A stretch of DNA of 64,000 nt from Candidatus Caccoplasma sp. (GCA_045587545.1 JAZNCN010000021.1:6078-70077); one strand, 5' to 3'. Positions 19,429 to 28,398 are shown, counted from the stretch's first letter. Numbers and translations are program-made. The notes: a model not told the origin generated them from the letters alone.

Positions 19429-22400
19429 ATTTCTTTGCCACTTTCATAACTTTTAATAGTCCACACTCTCCCTTAACTTTGATGAAGTAGATTCCTGCTT
19501 CGCCATCTACCGCTATAGGATAAATCTCTCCTGCAACTGCATTCATCGATGCTTTGTTTAGCATACGTCCTGCGTTGTCATATAGCTCTACGGTATAAAC
19601 TCCGTCTTCTGCAAAGTTAAGATATACCTCATTCTCAAATGGGTTGGGGAATGCCTTCATCATCTCCTCTACAGCTACTTCTTCTTCAATTCCTGTAGGT
19701 TGCACACTTACTACTTCAATAGTTTTTGTGTCTGAACCCCAACCATTGCTAAGAGTCAATGTTGCTGTATAATCTCCTGCCTCTGCATATATAACTTTTG
19801 CATTTCCTGCATCTTTATTTCCGGTTGAAGATTGAAGGCTTGCTCCTTTTATTTTCCAAGTAGGCAATGTTTCTATTTTGTAGATAGAACCAGAAATAAA
19901 AGGAACTCCAACTATAAAAGAGATTGATTGAGCCAAATATTCATTTCCTTCCGAAGAGGGCACAGATGGATCATATAATTTAGCAATCAAACTTGTATTA
20001 CCACCTGTGCTAATCAAACAGTTTTCACTGTTACTATCTGTTTCAAAGTCCCAATAACCAATAAAGTTCTCATCAGTTATAGGCAACAAGTGATGTTGCA
20101 TTGTACTCTTAATCTCTTCTGCAGTAAGAGCCTTGTTATATAAGCGAACCTCATCTATAACTCCATCTAATCCCACACGACCGAAAGCACGTCCTCCAAT
20201 CATTATTATATTTGATGATTTCCATGAACTGATTCCATAATCTCCTAATTGGCAAGAACAATGCAACTTACCATTGAGATATATCTCAAATGTACGATTG
20301 TCGTCAGTATATCCATAAACAAAAGCAACATGATACCAAACTCCCTCATCAAAAGATATATCTTCCAGCATCTCTATTTTCATCCCTGCTGATGATAAAT
20401 CAGATCTAAACGATGCCGAAAATTTATTCTCATGATCAAATAAACTCCAAAAATAGCCCCAGTCAGACTCCGGCCATATAGAGGCTGCCGAACGAATATT
20501 TACAAACTGAGTTCCATCCTCTTCATGATTAAATTGATTTACCTTAAACCAAAACGATAACGAAAATTTTGTTTGGTCATTAAAACCAAGTTGGTCAGCA
20601 GGAATACCGAATGCTTTTTCTCCAAGAGCCATACCGCGTGATACATATCCGTCGGCATCTGCTCGACCTGTATAGGAGTATGTTACCTCTTCTCCTGCCT
20701 CAACCCAATCTTTTCCGTATGATCCGCTCATTGTCAAAGTCTTGATTTCGGGCATTGCTCCAACTGCGGCGGGTGAAATTTGTATTTTACCTCGATACAC
20801 CTCTGTTGTTCCATTCTGAATTAGATATAGGTCATATATACCCTCTTCGCTTAATGAAGTTGTAAATGATTTTGCGTTGAATGTTCCTTTTTCTTCATCG
20901 TTCTCTGAGGCTTTGATTACCCATGTTGCTGCCGGGTGAGTTGGATCATCAAATGCAACCCTAAACTCTTCTCCCGCTTTAATGATTGGTTTGTCTATTG
21001 AGAATCCTTCAACTGTTTGGTTAGCAGGTACGCTCATATATGAGCCCCAACTAATTGAGCTCTCTCTATTTCCATCAAGAGATACTGCACTTACTCCTAT
21101 ACGAATTTTACCTCCTTTTTCAAGATCGTATGGTGCTCCTACCACGTATGCCGCCCAAGATGTTGTTGCCGTGCATAATACAGGTTCACAACCCTCTTGT
21201 TGAGTGTAGATTTTATAGAACCATGTATTAACATCTGTGTTATAAATTGATTGATATGATTGACGTCCTGAAGAGTTTTTATCGTGTGCTGTCATATCAA
21301 ATATAACTTTTACGTCAACACCTTTGTAGTTACGTGCCATTGTTTTTGAACTTACAATAGCAGGCATTCCGGGAGTTATTGATGTTCCACGAGTTATAGA
21401 GATCTCTCCTATTAATACCTTAAAGTCAAATGATGTATCTTCAAATTTCAGACCAAGAAGAGCAAGAGTCTCACCATTTAATTTAATACCATTACGGTCA
21501 GCAACTTTAATCTCTTTAACTTTCCACTCATCTTCTGCTTTTGCATTTGATACTATTGTTCCTGCAATCTCTGTTGTAGGTGCAGATTCAGTTGATGTGG
21601 TTAATGCTATTGTTCCTGATCCTGATACTACTTTATAACGAATGGTGAAAATATCGTTATTTACCAAAGGATATTTTGTTTTGAATAGTTGCAAGTAGGC
21701 TTTATCTGTTGCTCCCGAAATTTGCAAACATGAACCACCAAACCATGCATCGTCCCATGTGAACTCTGCTACCATATCGGTTGAAGCATCTGCTGCATTT
21801 TTACCCATAAAGGTTTTTGTCCACCACCAACGCCACGAAGGCAGGTAATCTTGCATTCCAAGGTTGTACCACTCTTGATTGAATGTGGTTACACCCTCCT
21901 CTTTGAAGAACATTCCGTTACCCAAGTTGAAGTATGTTACAAAGGGGTCATCTGCCAATGTTCCATCGCCATATTGAGGAGTCATAGAACTATGGGCAGT
22001 AATAAAACTTGAAAATCCATGAAAGTCGGTTGCTGTTGATGTATGGCGTAAAATGTCAGTTATAGCAGGAGTATTTACCGGATTATATGATGATCCTGTA
22101 AATGAGTTCTCTGAAATCAATTGATATGTTTTCTGCCTCTGTTTTGGCGACGATCCTAACTCTCCGCGACTCTCATAAATCATATTCATATTGAGAGCAC
22201 CCCAAAAACCAACTGAAATATTGTAGTTTTGCAAAGCTCTCCATGATGCTGTTGAACGTCCTTGATAGTCCATACCTGCATACACATCAAAACTTGAACG
22301 ACCATGACTTTCGGCTGTTTGTTGAGAAGTATTTAATTGAGAAGCGTACCAATTATAATTCAAGAAATAAGCATCTGATACTTTTTTCCCATTATAATGA

Positions 22401-23179
22401 AACCATTCATCACATTGATTATTCAAATAGCTGTAATCCTCGATACTTGATCCGCTATTCGCTGTAAATGAATACCATGCATTGTTGAAAGGCACTCCAT
22501 AAGAGGCTGCATTAGCATAACAATTTCCCATCATTTCCTTAAAAGCAGTAGTATTCAAATTTCTCCAACTAAACTCAGAATTAAAACCTATACAATCAAT
22601 TCCATAGTAACGAAGATATTTCAACAACTTATCATATCCTCCTGTTACAAGGGCATTTATATTTGAGCCATGACCTCCGTCGTTCGGAGAAGGAGCTGCT
22701 CCATAAGGAACTGCTGCTGTAACACCTGAATGCACTCCATTTTTATGGCAAGCATCAAGAAATGCGGCAGGGGCTTGAATCATAGGAGTTGTCCAACTAT
22801 TATAAATATCTGTATAACTCCACATAGAAAAAACCTCACCTCCAAAGTTATACGAAGGAATAGCATTCCAATTCTCTTCTGTTGTACCTATGGGACACCA
22901 CCACAATAGTTTTCTTTCAGGATTAAGACTCTCTTTTACTTGAGTTCCTGTAAACACAAAACGCTCACGAGGTTTTACACGAGAGATAAAAAATTGCTCG
23001 TTTTCTGCTGCCTCACTATCTCCGCTATAAAGGGCTGTGCCCGGAGACCAATTCTCATATGCTGTGTACCAAGAAGTTGAACCTCCTATACTCACATATT
23101 GCTCGTGAGAAGGAATACTTTGTGCAGATGCAAAACCGCATACTATAACTAATAGCAAAAGTAGATTTATCTTTCTCAT
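19427..23179 (-). CDS. Secreted multidomain glycosidase: GH85-like endo-beta-N-acetylglucosaminidase + LamG-like + PKD-like + T9SS C-terminal sorting domain
   Basis: 1250 aa with a signal peptide (LLLLVIVCGFASAQ). WSYTDIYNSW...DACHKNGVHSG and GIDCIGFNSEFS resemble the GH85 W.Y.D...H.NGV and N-x-E catalytic regions as I recall them. A LamG-type block runs from LSFWFKV to IDEVRLYNKALTAEEIKS. A PKD-like segment reads AGDYTATLTLSNGWGSDTKTIEV. The C-terminus FPNPFENEVYLNF...GIYFIKVKGE...KVMKV is typical of a T9SS type A CTD. Confidence 0.7.
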   Translation of the reverse strand: MRKINLLLLLVIVCGFASAQSIPSHEQYVSIGGSTSWYTAYENWSPGTALYSGDSEAAENEQFFISRVKPRERFVFTGTQVKESLNPERKLLWWCPIGTTEENWNAIPSYNFGGEVFSMWSYTDIYNSWTTPMIQAPAAFLDACHKNGVHSGVTAAVPYGAAPSPNDGGHGSNINALVTGGYDKLLKYLRYYGIDCIGFNSEFSWRNLNTTAFKEMMGNCYANAASYGVPFNNAWYSFTANSGSSIEDYSYLNNQCDEWFHYNGKKVSDAYFLNYNWYASQLNTSQQTAESHGRSSFDVYAGMDYQGRSTASWRALQNYNISVGFWGALNMNMIYESRGELGSSPKQRQKTYQLISENSFTGSSYNPVNTPAITDILRHTSTATDFHGFSSFITAHSSMTPQYGDGTLADDPFVTYFNLGNGMFFKEEGVTTFNQEWYNLGMQDYLPSWRWWWTKTFMGKNAADASTDMVAEFTWDDAWFGGSCLQISGATDKAYLQLFKTKYPLVNNDIFTIRYKVVSGSGTIALTTSTESAPTTEIAGTIVSNAKAEDEWKVKEIKVADRNGIKLNGETLALLGLKFEDTSFDFKVLIGEISITRGTSITPGMPAIVSSKTMARNYKGVDVKVIFDMTAHDKNSSGRQSYQSIYNTDVNTWFYKIYTQQEGCEPVLCTATTSWAAYVVGAPYDLEKGGKIRIGVSAVSLDGNRESSISWGSYMSVPANQTVEGFSIDKPIIKAGEEFRVAFDDPTHPAATWVIKASENDEEKGTFNAKSFTTSLSEEGIYDLYLIQNGTTEVYRGKIQISPAAVGAMPEIKTLTMSGSYGKDWVEAGEEVTYSYTGRADADGYVSRGMALGEKAFGIPADQLGFNDQTKFSLSFWFKVNQFNHEEDGTQFVNIRSAASIWPESDWGYFWSLFDHENKFSASFRSDLSSAGMKIEMLEDISFDEGVWYHVAFVYGYTDDNRTFEIYLNGKLHCSCQLGDYGISSWKSSNIIMIGGRAFGRVGLDGVIDEVRLYNKALTAEEIKSTMQHHLLPITDENFIGYWDFETDSNSENCLISTGGNTSLIAKLYDPSVPSSEGNEYLAQSISFIVGVPFISGSIYKIETLPTWKIKGASLQSSTGNKDAGNAKVIYAEAGDYTATLTLSNGWGSDTKTIEVVSVQPTGIEEEVAVEEMMKAFPNPFENEVYLNFAEDGVYTVELYDNAGRMLNKASMNAVAGEIYPIAVDGEAGIYFIKVKGECGLLKVMKVAKK

Positions 23180-23248
23180 AGACTCAAAATTTAAAAGGTT
23201 TATATTCTAATATATCGCTTTAAAAATATAATATAATTTTATTTCCCA

Positions 23249-23256
23249 CAAATATA
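23249..23256 (-). promoter_or_regulatory. Candidate -7 box (TAtaTTTG on the minus strand) for the GH85 gene
   Basis: CAAATATA on the + strand is an exact reverse complement of the Bacteroidota TAnnTTTG consensus. It lies ~70 nt upstream of the ATG at 23179. Only a partial -33 element is present (GTTG in place of TTTG). Confidence 0.3.
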
Positions 23257-23340
23257 TTGTTAATATTTTATATTACAACGATTATTTACGGTATGCATGT
23301 AATTTATCTATGAATGTATGAAATAGAGCATACAAACAAA

Positions 23341-23373
23341 AAAGAGGCTATGTCAAAACGACACAGCCTCTTT
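23341..23373 (-). terminator. Rho-independent terminator of pnp
   Basis: Arms are at 23341-23354 and 23360-23373. The single non-Watson-Crick position is A/C on the + strand but G.U in the minus-strand RNA. The minus-strand RNA continues UUUUGUUUGU, which assigns the terminator to pnp. Confidence 0.65.
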
Positions 23374-23395
23374 GCTATCTATTAATATTAGTTTC

Positions 23396-23440
23396 TAACA
23401 ACTAAGGTGCGAAGCACCGTACAAATAAAAACTAACAACT
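23396..23440. repeat. 45-bp direct repeat, copy B (3' region of pnp)
   Basis: TAACAACTAAGGTGCGAAGCACCGTACAAATAAAAACTAACAACT. It starts 3 nt after the pnp stop codon. The hairpin GGTGCGAAGCACC is at 23406-23418. Confidence 0.9.
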
Positions 23441-23443
23441 TTT

Positions 23444-25621
23444 TTATTTCTCATCTTTACGAGGTCCGCGTGGTGCTCGGGGTGCTCTTGCTGGACGATC
23501 TTCCCAACCTTCGGGTTTGGGTTGAAGCGCTCTCATTGATAAGCGGAATTTACCTGTTTTCTTGTCAATCTCAACAAGTTTTACGGTTACTTCGTCGCCC
23601 TCTTTGATGCCTGACTCTTCCATTGTCTCCAAACGTTTGTAGGCAATTTCAGAGATGTGTAACAATCCGTCTTTTCCGGGCATAAACTCAACAAATGCTC
23701 CAAAGGCAAGTATTGATTTTACTTTTCCTGTATAGGTTTCGCCCTCTTCGGGTATTGCTACTATTCCTTTAATGCGAGATAGTGCTGCATCAATAGCATC
23801 GCGATTTGATGCTGCTATCTCAACAAGTCCTCCCTCTTCTGTCTCCTCTATTGTTACAACTGCTCCCGACTCCTCTTGTATTCCTTGTATTATCTTACCA
23901 CCGGGGCCTATTACTGCTCCAATCATATCTTTAGGGATAAGCATGGTCTCAATGCGTGGTGCGTGAGGTTTGAAGTCCTCGCGTGGCTCGGGTATTGTAT
24001 CAAGGATTTTGCCAAGTATGTGCATACGTCCTTCGTGTGCTTGCATCAATGCTTTTTCAAGAATTTCGTATGGTAGTCCGTCAACTTTGATATCCATTTG
24101 TGTTGCTGTGATACCATCTTTTGTTCCTGTTACCTTGAAGTCCATATCGCCCAAGTGGTCCTCGTCTCCAAGTATATCTGAAAGAACTGCATATTTTTGA
24201 TTGTCAGTAATCAATCCCATTGCAATTCCTGATACCGGTTTTTTGATTTTAACACCTGCGTCCATTAGGGCAAGTGTTCCTGCACAAACTGTTGCCATTG
24301 ATGAAGAACCGTTTGACTCAAGAATATCTGATACTACACGTACTGTATATGGATAGTCGGCAGGTATCATTCCTTTTAATGCACGACATGCCAAGTTTCC
24401 GTGTCCCACCTCGCGACGTCCTACTCCGCGTGATGCTTTTGCTTCGCCTGTTGAGAATGGGGGGAAGTTATAGTGCAACAAGAAGCGTTGGTGTGATTGG
24501 TCAAGTACATCATCAACGATCTTCTCATCAAGTTTTGTTCCGAGTGTAACGGTTGTTAATGATTGTGTCTCACCGCGTGTAAATACTGCCGATCCGTGAG
24601 GTCCGGGAAGGTAGTCAACCTCGCACCAGATAGGACGGATTTGTGTTGTTTCACGTCCGTCAAGACGTTTTCCTTCGTCAAGGATACAACGGCGCATTGC
24701 CTCTTTCTCTACATCGTGGTAGTAACGTTTTACCAACGACTCTTTTTCTGCACGCTCCTCTTCGGGCATTGCCTCCAAGTACTCGTTCAATACAGCCTCA
24801 AATGCCTCGCCTCGTGCGTGTTTGTTTGCGTTGCCTGATGCTGCTATTGCATATGCTTTATCGTAACATTTCTCTTTTACGTCTTTACGAAGTTCTTCGT
24901 CGTTTACTTCGTGGCAATATGTACGTTTAACGGTTGTTCCGCACATCTCAGACAACTCTAATTGTGCCTGGCATTGTACTTTGATTGCATCGTGAGCAAA
25001 TTTCAAGGCATTCAAAAGGTCTAACTCTGAAACCTCGTCCATCTCTCCCTCAACCATCATTATGTTCTCCATGGTAGCTCCTACCATCAAGTCCATATCG
25101 GCTTTTGCCAACTCGTCAAATGTGGGGTTGATTTTAAACTCGCCATCAATACGTGCCACACGCACCTCTGATATTGGTCCGTTAAATGGGATATCTGATA
25201 CTGCAAGTGCTGCTGAAGCTGCCAATCCTGCAAGTGCATCAGGAATATCTTTACCATCGGCAGAGAACATCACGATATTTACATATACCTCTGCGTGATA
25301 GTCATCGGGGAACAATGGGCGTAATGCACGGTCAACAAGACGCGATGTCAATATTTCATAGTCCGAAGCTCGTCCCTCGCGTTTTGTAAAACCTCCGGGG
25401 AAGCGTCCGAACGACGCAAATTTCTCTTTATACTCTACTTGCAAAGGCATAAAATCTACACCTTCATTTGCATCTTTGGCAGCACACACTGTTGCCAACA
25501 ACATGGTGTTACCCATGCGAACCTCAACCGCTCCGTCGGCTTGTTTTGCCAACTTCCCGGTCTCGATGGTGATTACTCGTCCATCACCTAAATCGATTGT
25601 CTTCTTAATCGGATTAATCAT
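23444..25621 (-). CDS. pnp: Polyribonucleotide nucleotidyltransferase (PNPase)
   Basis: 725 aa with two RNase PH-like domains, a KH domain ([10 protein letters not shown]) and an S1 domain ([20 protein letters not shown]). Confidence 0.97.
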   Translation of the reverse strand: MINPIKKTIDLGDGRVITIETGKLAKQADGAVEVRMGNTMLLATVCAAKDANEGVDFMPLQVEYKEKFASFGRFPGGFTKREGRASDYEILTSRLVDRALRPLFPDDYHAEVYVNIVMFSADGKDIPDALAGLAASAALAVSDIPFNGPISEVRVARIDGEFKINPTFDELAKADMDLMVGATMENIMMVEGEMDEVSELDLLNALKFAHDAIKVQCQAQLELSEMCGTTVKRTYCHEVNDEELRKDVKEKCYDKAYAIAASGNANKHARGEAFEAVLNEYLEAMPEEERAEKESLVKRYYHDVEKEAMRRCILDEGKRLDGRETTQIRPIWCEVDYLPGPHGSAVFTRGETQSLTTVTLGTKLDEKIVDDVLDQSHQRFLLHYNFPPFSTGEAKASRGVGRREVGHGNLACRALKGMIPADYPYTVRVVSDILESNGSSSMATVCAGTLALMDAGVKIKKPVSGIAMGLITDNQKYAVLSDILGDEDHLGDMDFKVTGTKDGITATQMDIKVDGLPYEILEKALMQAHEGRMHILGKILDTIPEPREDFKPHAPRIETMLIPKDMIGAVIGPGGKIIQGIQEESGAVVTIEETEEGGLVEIAASNRDAIDAALSRIKGIVAIPEEGETYTGKVKSILAFGAFVEFMPGKDGLLHISEIAYKRLETMEESGIKEGDEVTVKLVEIDKKTGKFRLSMRALQPKPEGWEDRPARAPRAPRGPRKDEK

Positions 25622-25650
25622 AATTTATTTTCTTTCTTCCAAAATTTGAA

Positions 25651-25668
25651 CAAAGATAACCAAAATTA
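25651..25668 (-). promoter_or_regulatory. Two adjacent candidate -7 boxes for pnp
   Basis: CAAAGATA (25651-25658) and CAAAATTA (25661-25668) are both exact reverse complements of TAnnTTTG. They lie 30-47 nt upstream of the pnp ATG. No clear -33 TTTG is present. Confidence 0.3.
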
Positions 25669-25798
25669 TTTGTTAAAAGAAGTTTGAAAGGACTTTTTTG
25701 TATATTTTGATGATTTATTGGGTTATTAGTTTAGGGTAACCACTTGCTTAATAATTTAGGATAAATTTTTAACAAAGATGAGAATTTAGGAAATATAA

Positions 25799-25845
25799 GA
25801 AACCATAACATATAAAATCGGAGATAAATTATATGCTATGGTTCC
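25799..25845 (-). terminator. Long hairpin downstream of the 281-aa lipoprotein gene
   Basis: The 16-nt arms are at 25799-25814 and 25830-25845. Both imperfect positions are A/C on the + strand but G.U in the minus-strand RNA. A U-rich sequence follows on the minus strand. Confidence 0.5.
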
Positions 25846-25878
25846 AAAATAGAGTAATATATACGCAAGTTATACTTT

Positions 25879-26724
25879 TTAATCTATTGTCTTAAGATTT
25901 ACTATCATTTTATCATTCATAACTCCATCATCATCTATAATGTAAAGTATTTTTATTACGCCCCATGCTTCCCCTTCTACACCTACCAACACTATATCTC
26001 CAATTTTAAGATTATTTATATAGTTATTTTTAATTGACGCACTATATGTTGATTTCATTGAACTACTTGTTGCCTCAGCATAATTAAAAGAGTTATTCAA
26101 TGCAAATGTTATTTTGCCATCCATAATAGCGGTATTCCATTCTATCGGCATTTGCTCAGCAGAGAGAGACAACTCCTCTTCTGTATATTGACGAAGCCAA
26201 AATGAATATATTTCATCGGTAGCAGCCAGCGTTTCTTTTCTGATTGGACATTTTGTTTGAGTATTTAATCCGTCATTTTTACCGGAAAGAGGATTGTGTA
26301 ATTCTATTCCGCTACGCTCCTGCAAATCAGAACCTACAACCATAATGCTTAACGTATAACGTTCTTTATTGCCTAAATTATCAACAGCCGTTATATATAT
26401 CTTTACCTGAGTATTCTCTTTTGATACTTGCGGAACCTTATATATATATTCCTCTATATATTTTTTAGTACAAGGATTTTTTGAATATACTATACTTTCC
26501 CCCTTATCGGCATCAAAATTGGAAATTGTTATTTCTTTGATATATTCATTGGAAGTATATGCAGTTATATCAAGTTCTAAATACGTTCCAGCCACAAGAG
26601 TTTCAGGTATATCTGCTTTTACAAATATTCCAATATCAGAGACATCTTCCTCACTCTCACACGATACAAATAACAATAAAGAAGAAATTAAATATATATA
26701 TTTTTTAATTGTTTTTTCAAACAT
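25879..26724 (-). CDS. Hypothetical lipoprotein with an acidic post-Cys segment
   Basis: 281 aa. The lipobox is LLLFVSC, followed by ESEEDVSD, which resembles the acidic Bacteroidota lipoprotein surface-export signal. I recognise no family. Confidence 0.5.
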   Translation of the reverse strand: MFEKTIKKYIYLISSLLLFVSCESEEDVSDIGIFVKADIPETLVAGTYLELDITAYTSNEYIKEITISNFDADKGESIVYSKNPCTKKYIEEYIYKVPQVSKENTQVKIYITAVDNLGNKERYTLSIMVVGSDLQERSGIELHNPLSGKNDGLNTQTKCPIRKETLAATDEIYSFWLRQYTEEELSLSAEQMPIEWNTAIMDGKITFALNNSFNYAEATSSSMKSTYSASIKNNYINNLKIGDIVLVGVEGEAWGVIKILYIIDDDGVMNDKMIVNLKTID

Positions 26725-26837
26725 AATTCTTAATAAATTAAGGTTTTATATTACAAAAGGGTGAGTCAAAATTTTGTTTTTGGCACACCCTAATTTGTAT
26801 AATTTACAATTATAAAAATCTAATTAATATAGATCTA

Positions 26838-27293
26838 TTACTTATCATTAAAATCCTGCGCATTAAATTTATATGCTTTAACAAGAGCTTTAACCGTTAC
26901 TTGACTACCAAGGAACAGACGCTCCTTTATTTTAGTTTGTGATATCGGTTGAAAATATGTTGCATCAGGATATTTTTTTATAAGTTTAGTTGTAGCCTTA
27001 TTAATTGGACCTGTCAATAATGAAGAGCCTATTTGAGAACACAACTTAGCCTCTTGTATATTTGTTTGGTCATACACTTCTCCGTTAACACTATCTATAA
27101 CTCGAATAAAACCTAAGTATGTACGATAAGTAACGTCTATTTTTGTTTCCCCCAAATATTCGAGATCAGCCATATCTATGTTAAGTTGAACTTGACCGGG
27201 AGCATACGTTTTGCTTTTTGTTAATGTTCCGCAAGATGACAATAAAAATATTGTCAATACAAACGAAATATATAATTTTATTTTACTTTTCAT
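26838..27293 (-). CDS. Small hypothetical lipoprotein
   Basis: 151 aa. The lipobox is FLLSSC, followed by GTLTKSK with no acidic export-like motif. I recognise no family. Confidence 0.5.
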   Translation of the reverse strand: MKSKIKLYISFVLTIFLLSSCGTLTKSKTYAPGQVQLNIDMADLEYLGETKIDVTYRTYLGFIRVIDSVNGEVYDQTNIQEAKLCSQIGSSLLTGPINKATTKLIKKYPDATYFQPISQTKIKERLFLGSQVTVKALVKAYKFNAQDFNDK

Positions 27294-27348
27294 AAATTCG
27301 TGCTTTTATTACCAATTACTTCATATAAATATTACTTCTTAGCAAAAC

Positions 27349-28134
27349 TTATTTTTTAAAGTAATATGTAAAAGTTACTCTGAATTGTTGACCTATTTCT
27401 CCTTTTTTTGCTTTTAGATCCTCATATTGTACAGATGACTCTCCGAATATTTCAGGATCTTTAGTATAGAAAACTTTTTTATTTCCTTCTTCATCAACAG
27501 ACTCATTCTTATATTTTAAACCTGTTTGAAAAAGGCTTGAAATTCCATACTCAACACCTATTGCAAATGGAAGATCTGCTATATATGCTTGTAATCCTAT
27601 AAATGCACCCAATCCTATATCAAAAGATGTTTTCTTTATTGAAGAACTATATTTCCCAATCTCACTACTATTAGAGTTTTTACTCCAACCTAATGGTAGT
27701 TCTGCCCCAACATATACGTCTAAAAGATTTTTAGATGTAAAATGATATGCAAATCCAGGATAGAAATAGTTTCGGGATTCGACTTGTGAAGATAGCTCCG
27801 AGCGAACTGTTTCGGAATCAACAATAGCATCTCCTTTATATTTTGTCCTTTGTTTATAAAATTCAAAACCTAATCTTACCTCCCAATTGTCTGTTGCCAT
27901 ATATTTAAAGTTTAGCAAAGGTAATGCTGTTACTTTCAATCCTCCGTCAAACCAGCCTTTAAACATATCAGACGTTAAACCCATATACAAACCAAAATCT
28001 CCGGCCTCTGCTCTATTACCTCCTTTAAATTTTTTTGCAGAAGGCTCTACTGTTGATAATTGAGCATTTGTAACTGCAGTTGAAAATGCTATAGCAAGTA
28101 GCATCAATGTAAAAGTTTTCGTAATAAATTTCAT
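27349..28134 (-). CDS. Small outer-membrane beta-barrel (porin-family-like) protein
   Basis: 261 aa with a signal peptide (LLAIAFSTAVTNAQ). It shows alternating hydrophobic beta-strand patterns, is rich in aromatics and Gly, and ends FRVTFTYYFKK. Confidence 0.55.
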   Translation of the reverse strand: MKFITKTFTLMLLAIAFSTAVTNAQLSTVEPSAKKFKGGNRAEAGDFGLYMGLTSDMFKGWFDGGLKVTALPLLNFKYMATDNWEVRLGFEFYKQRTKYKGDAIVDSETVRSELSSQVESRNYFYPGFAYHFTSKNLLDVYVGAELPLGWSKNSNSSEIGKYSSSIKKTSFDIGLGAFIGLQAYIADLPFAIGVEYGISSLFQTGLKYKNESVDEEGNKKVFYTKDPEIFGESSVQYEDLKAKKGEIGQQFRVTFTYYFKK

Positions 28135-28231
28135 AATAAATTGTGTTAAATCAACCTACTCTTAAGATTTTCGGCATCCTCTATTCTGTTTTATTTTTTT
28201 TATATTTTTATGATATATATGTTTACGTTGA

Positions 28232-28263
28232 CAAATATATATATATTTACATTAGATAACAAA
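28232..28263 (-). promoter_or_regulatory. Consensus Bacteroidota promoter (TTTG-N20-TAtaTTTG) for the 261-aa OMP gene
   Basis: The minus strand reads T15-G TTATCTAATGTAAATATATA TATATTTG. The -33 TTTG is at 28263-28260, the spacer is 20 nt, and the -7 TATATTTG is at 28239-28232. This lies ~95 nt upstream of the ATG at 28134. Confidence 0.55.
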
Positions 28264-28275
28264 AAAAAAAAAAAA
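28261..28275. repeat. A15 homopolymer (T15 on the minus strand) abutting the -33 element, with (AT)6 at 28235-28246
   Basis: Counted directly. 28261-28275 are all A, preceded by C at 28260. ATATATATATAT spans 28235-28246. Confidence 0.9.
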
Positions 28276-28361
28276 TTAACTAATTTTATGCCTATTCATT
28301 ACAGATTAGAGGATATTTTAACATTATTTAATACAAAACGATTATATTATAGATATATTAT

Positions 28362-28398
28362 AAAAAAAAATCAGTTACTTAGAAACCCAAGTAACTGA
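28362..28398 (-). terminator. Rho-independent terminator of the yeiH-like gene
   Basis: The 10-bp stem is TCAGTTACTT (28371-28380) paired with AAGTAACTGA (28389-28398), with an 8-nt loop. On the minus strand the hairpin is followed by U9 (A9 at 28362-28370). Confidence 0.7.
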
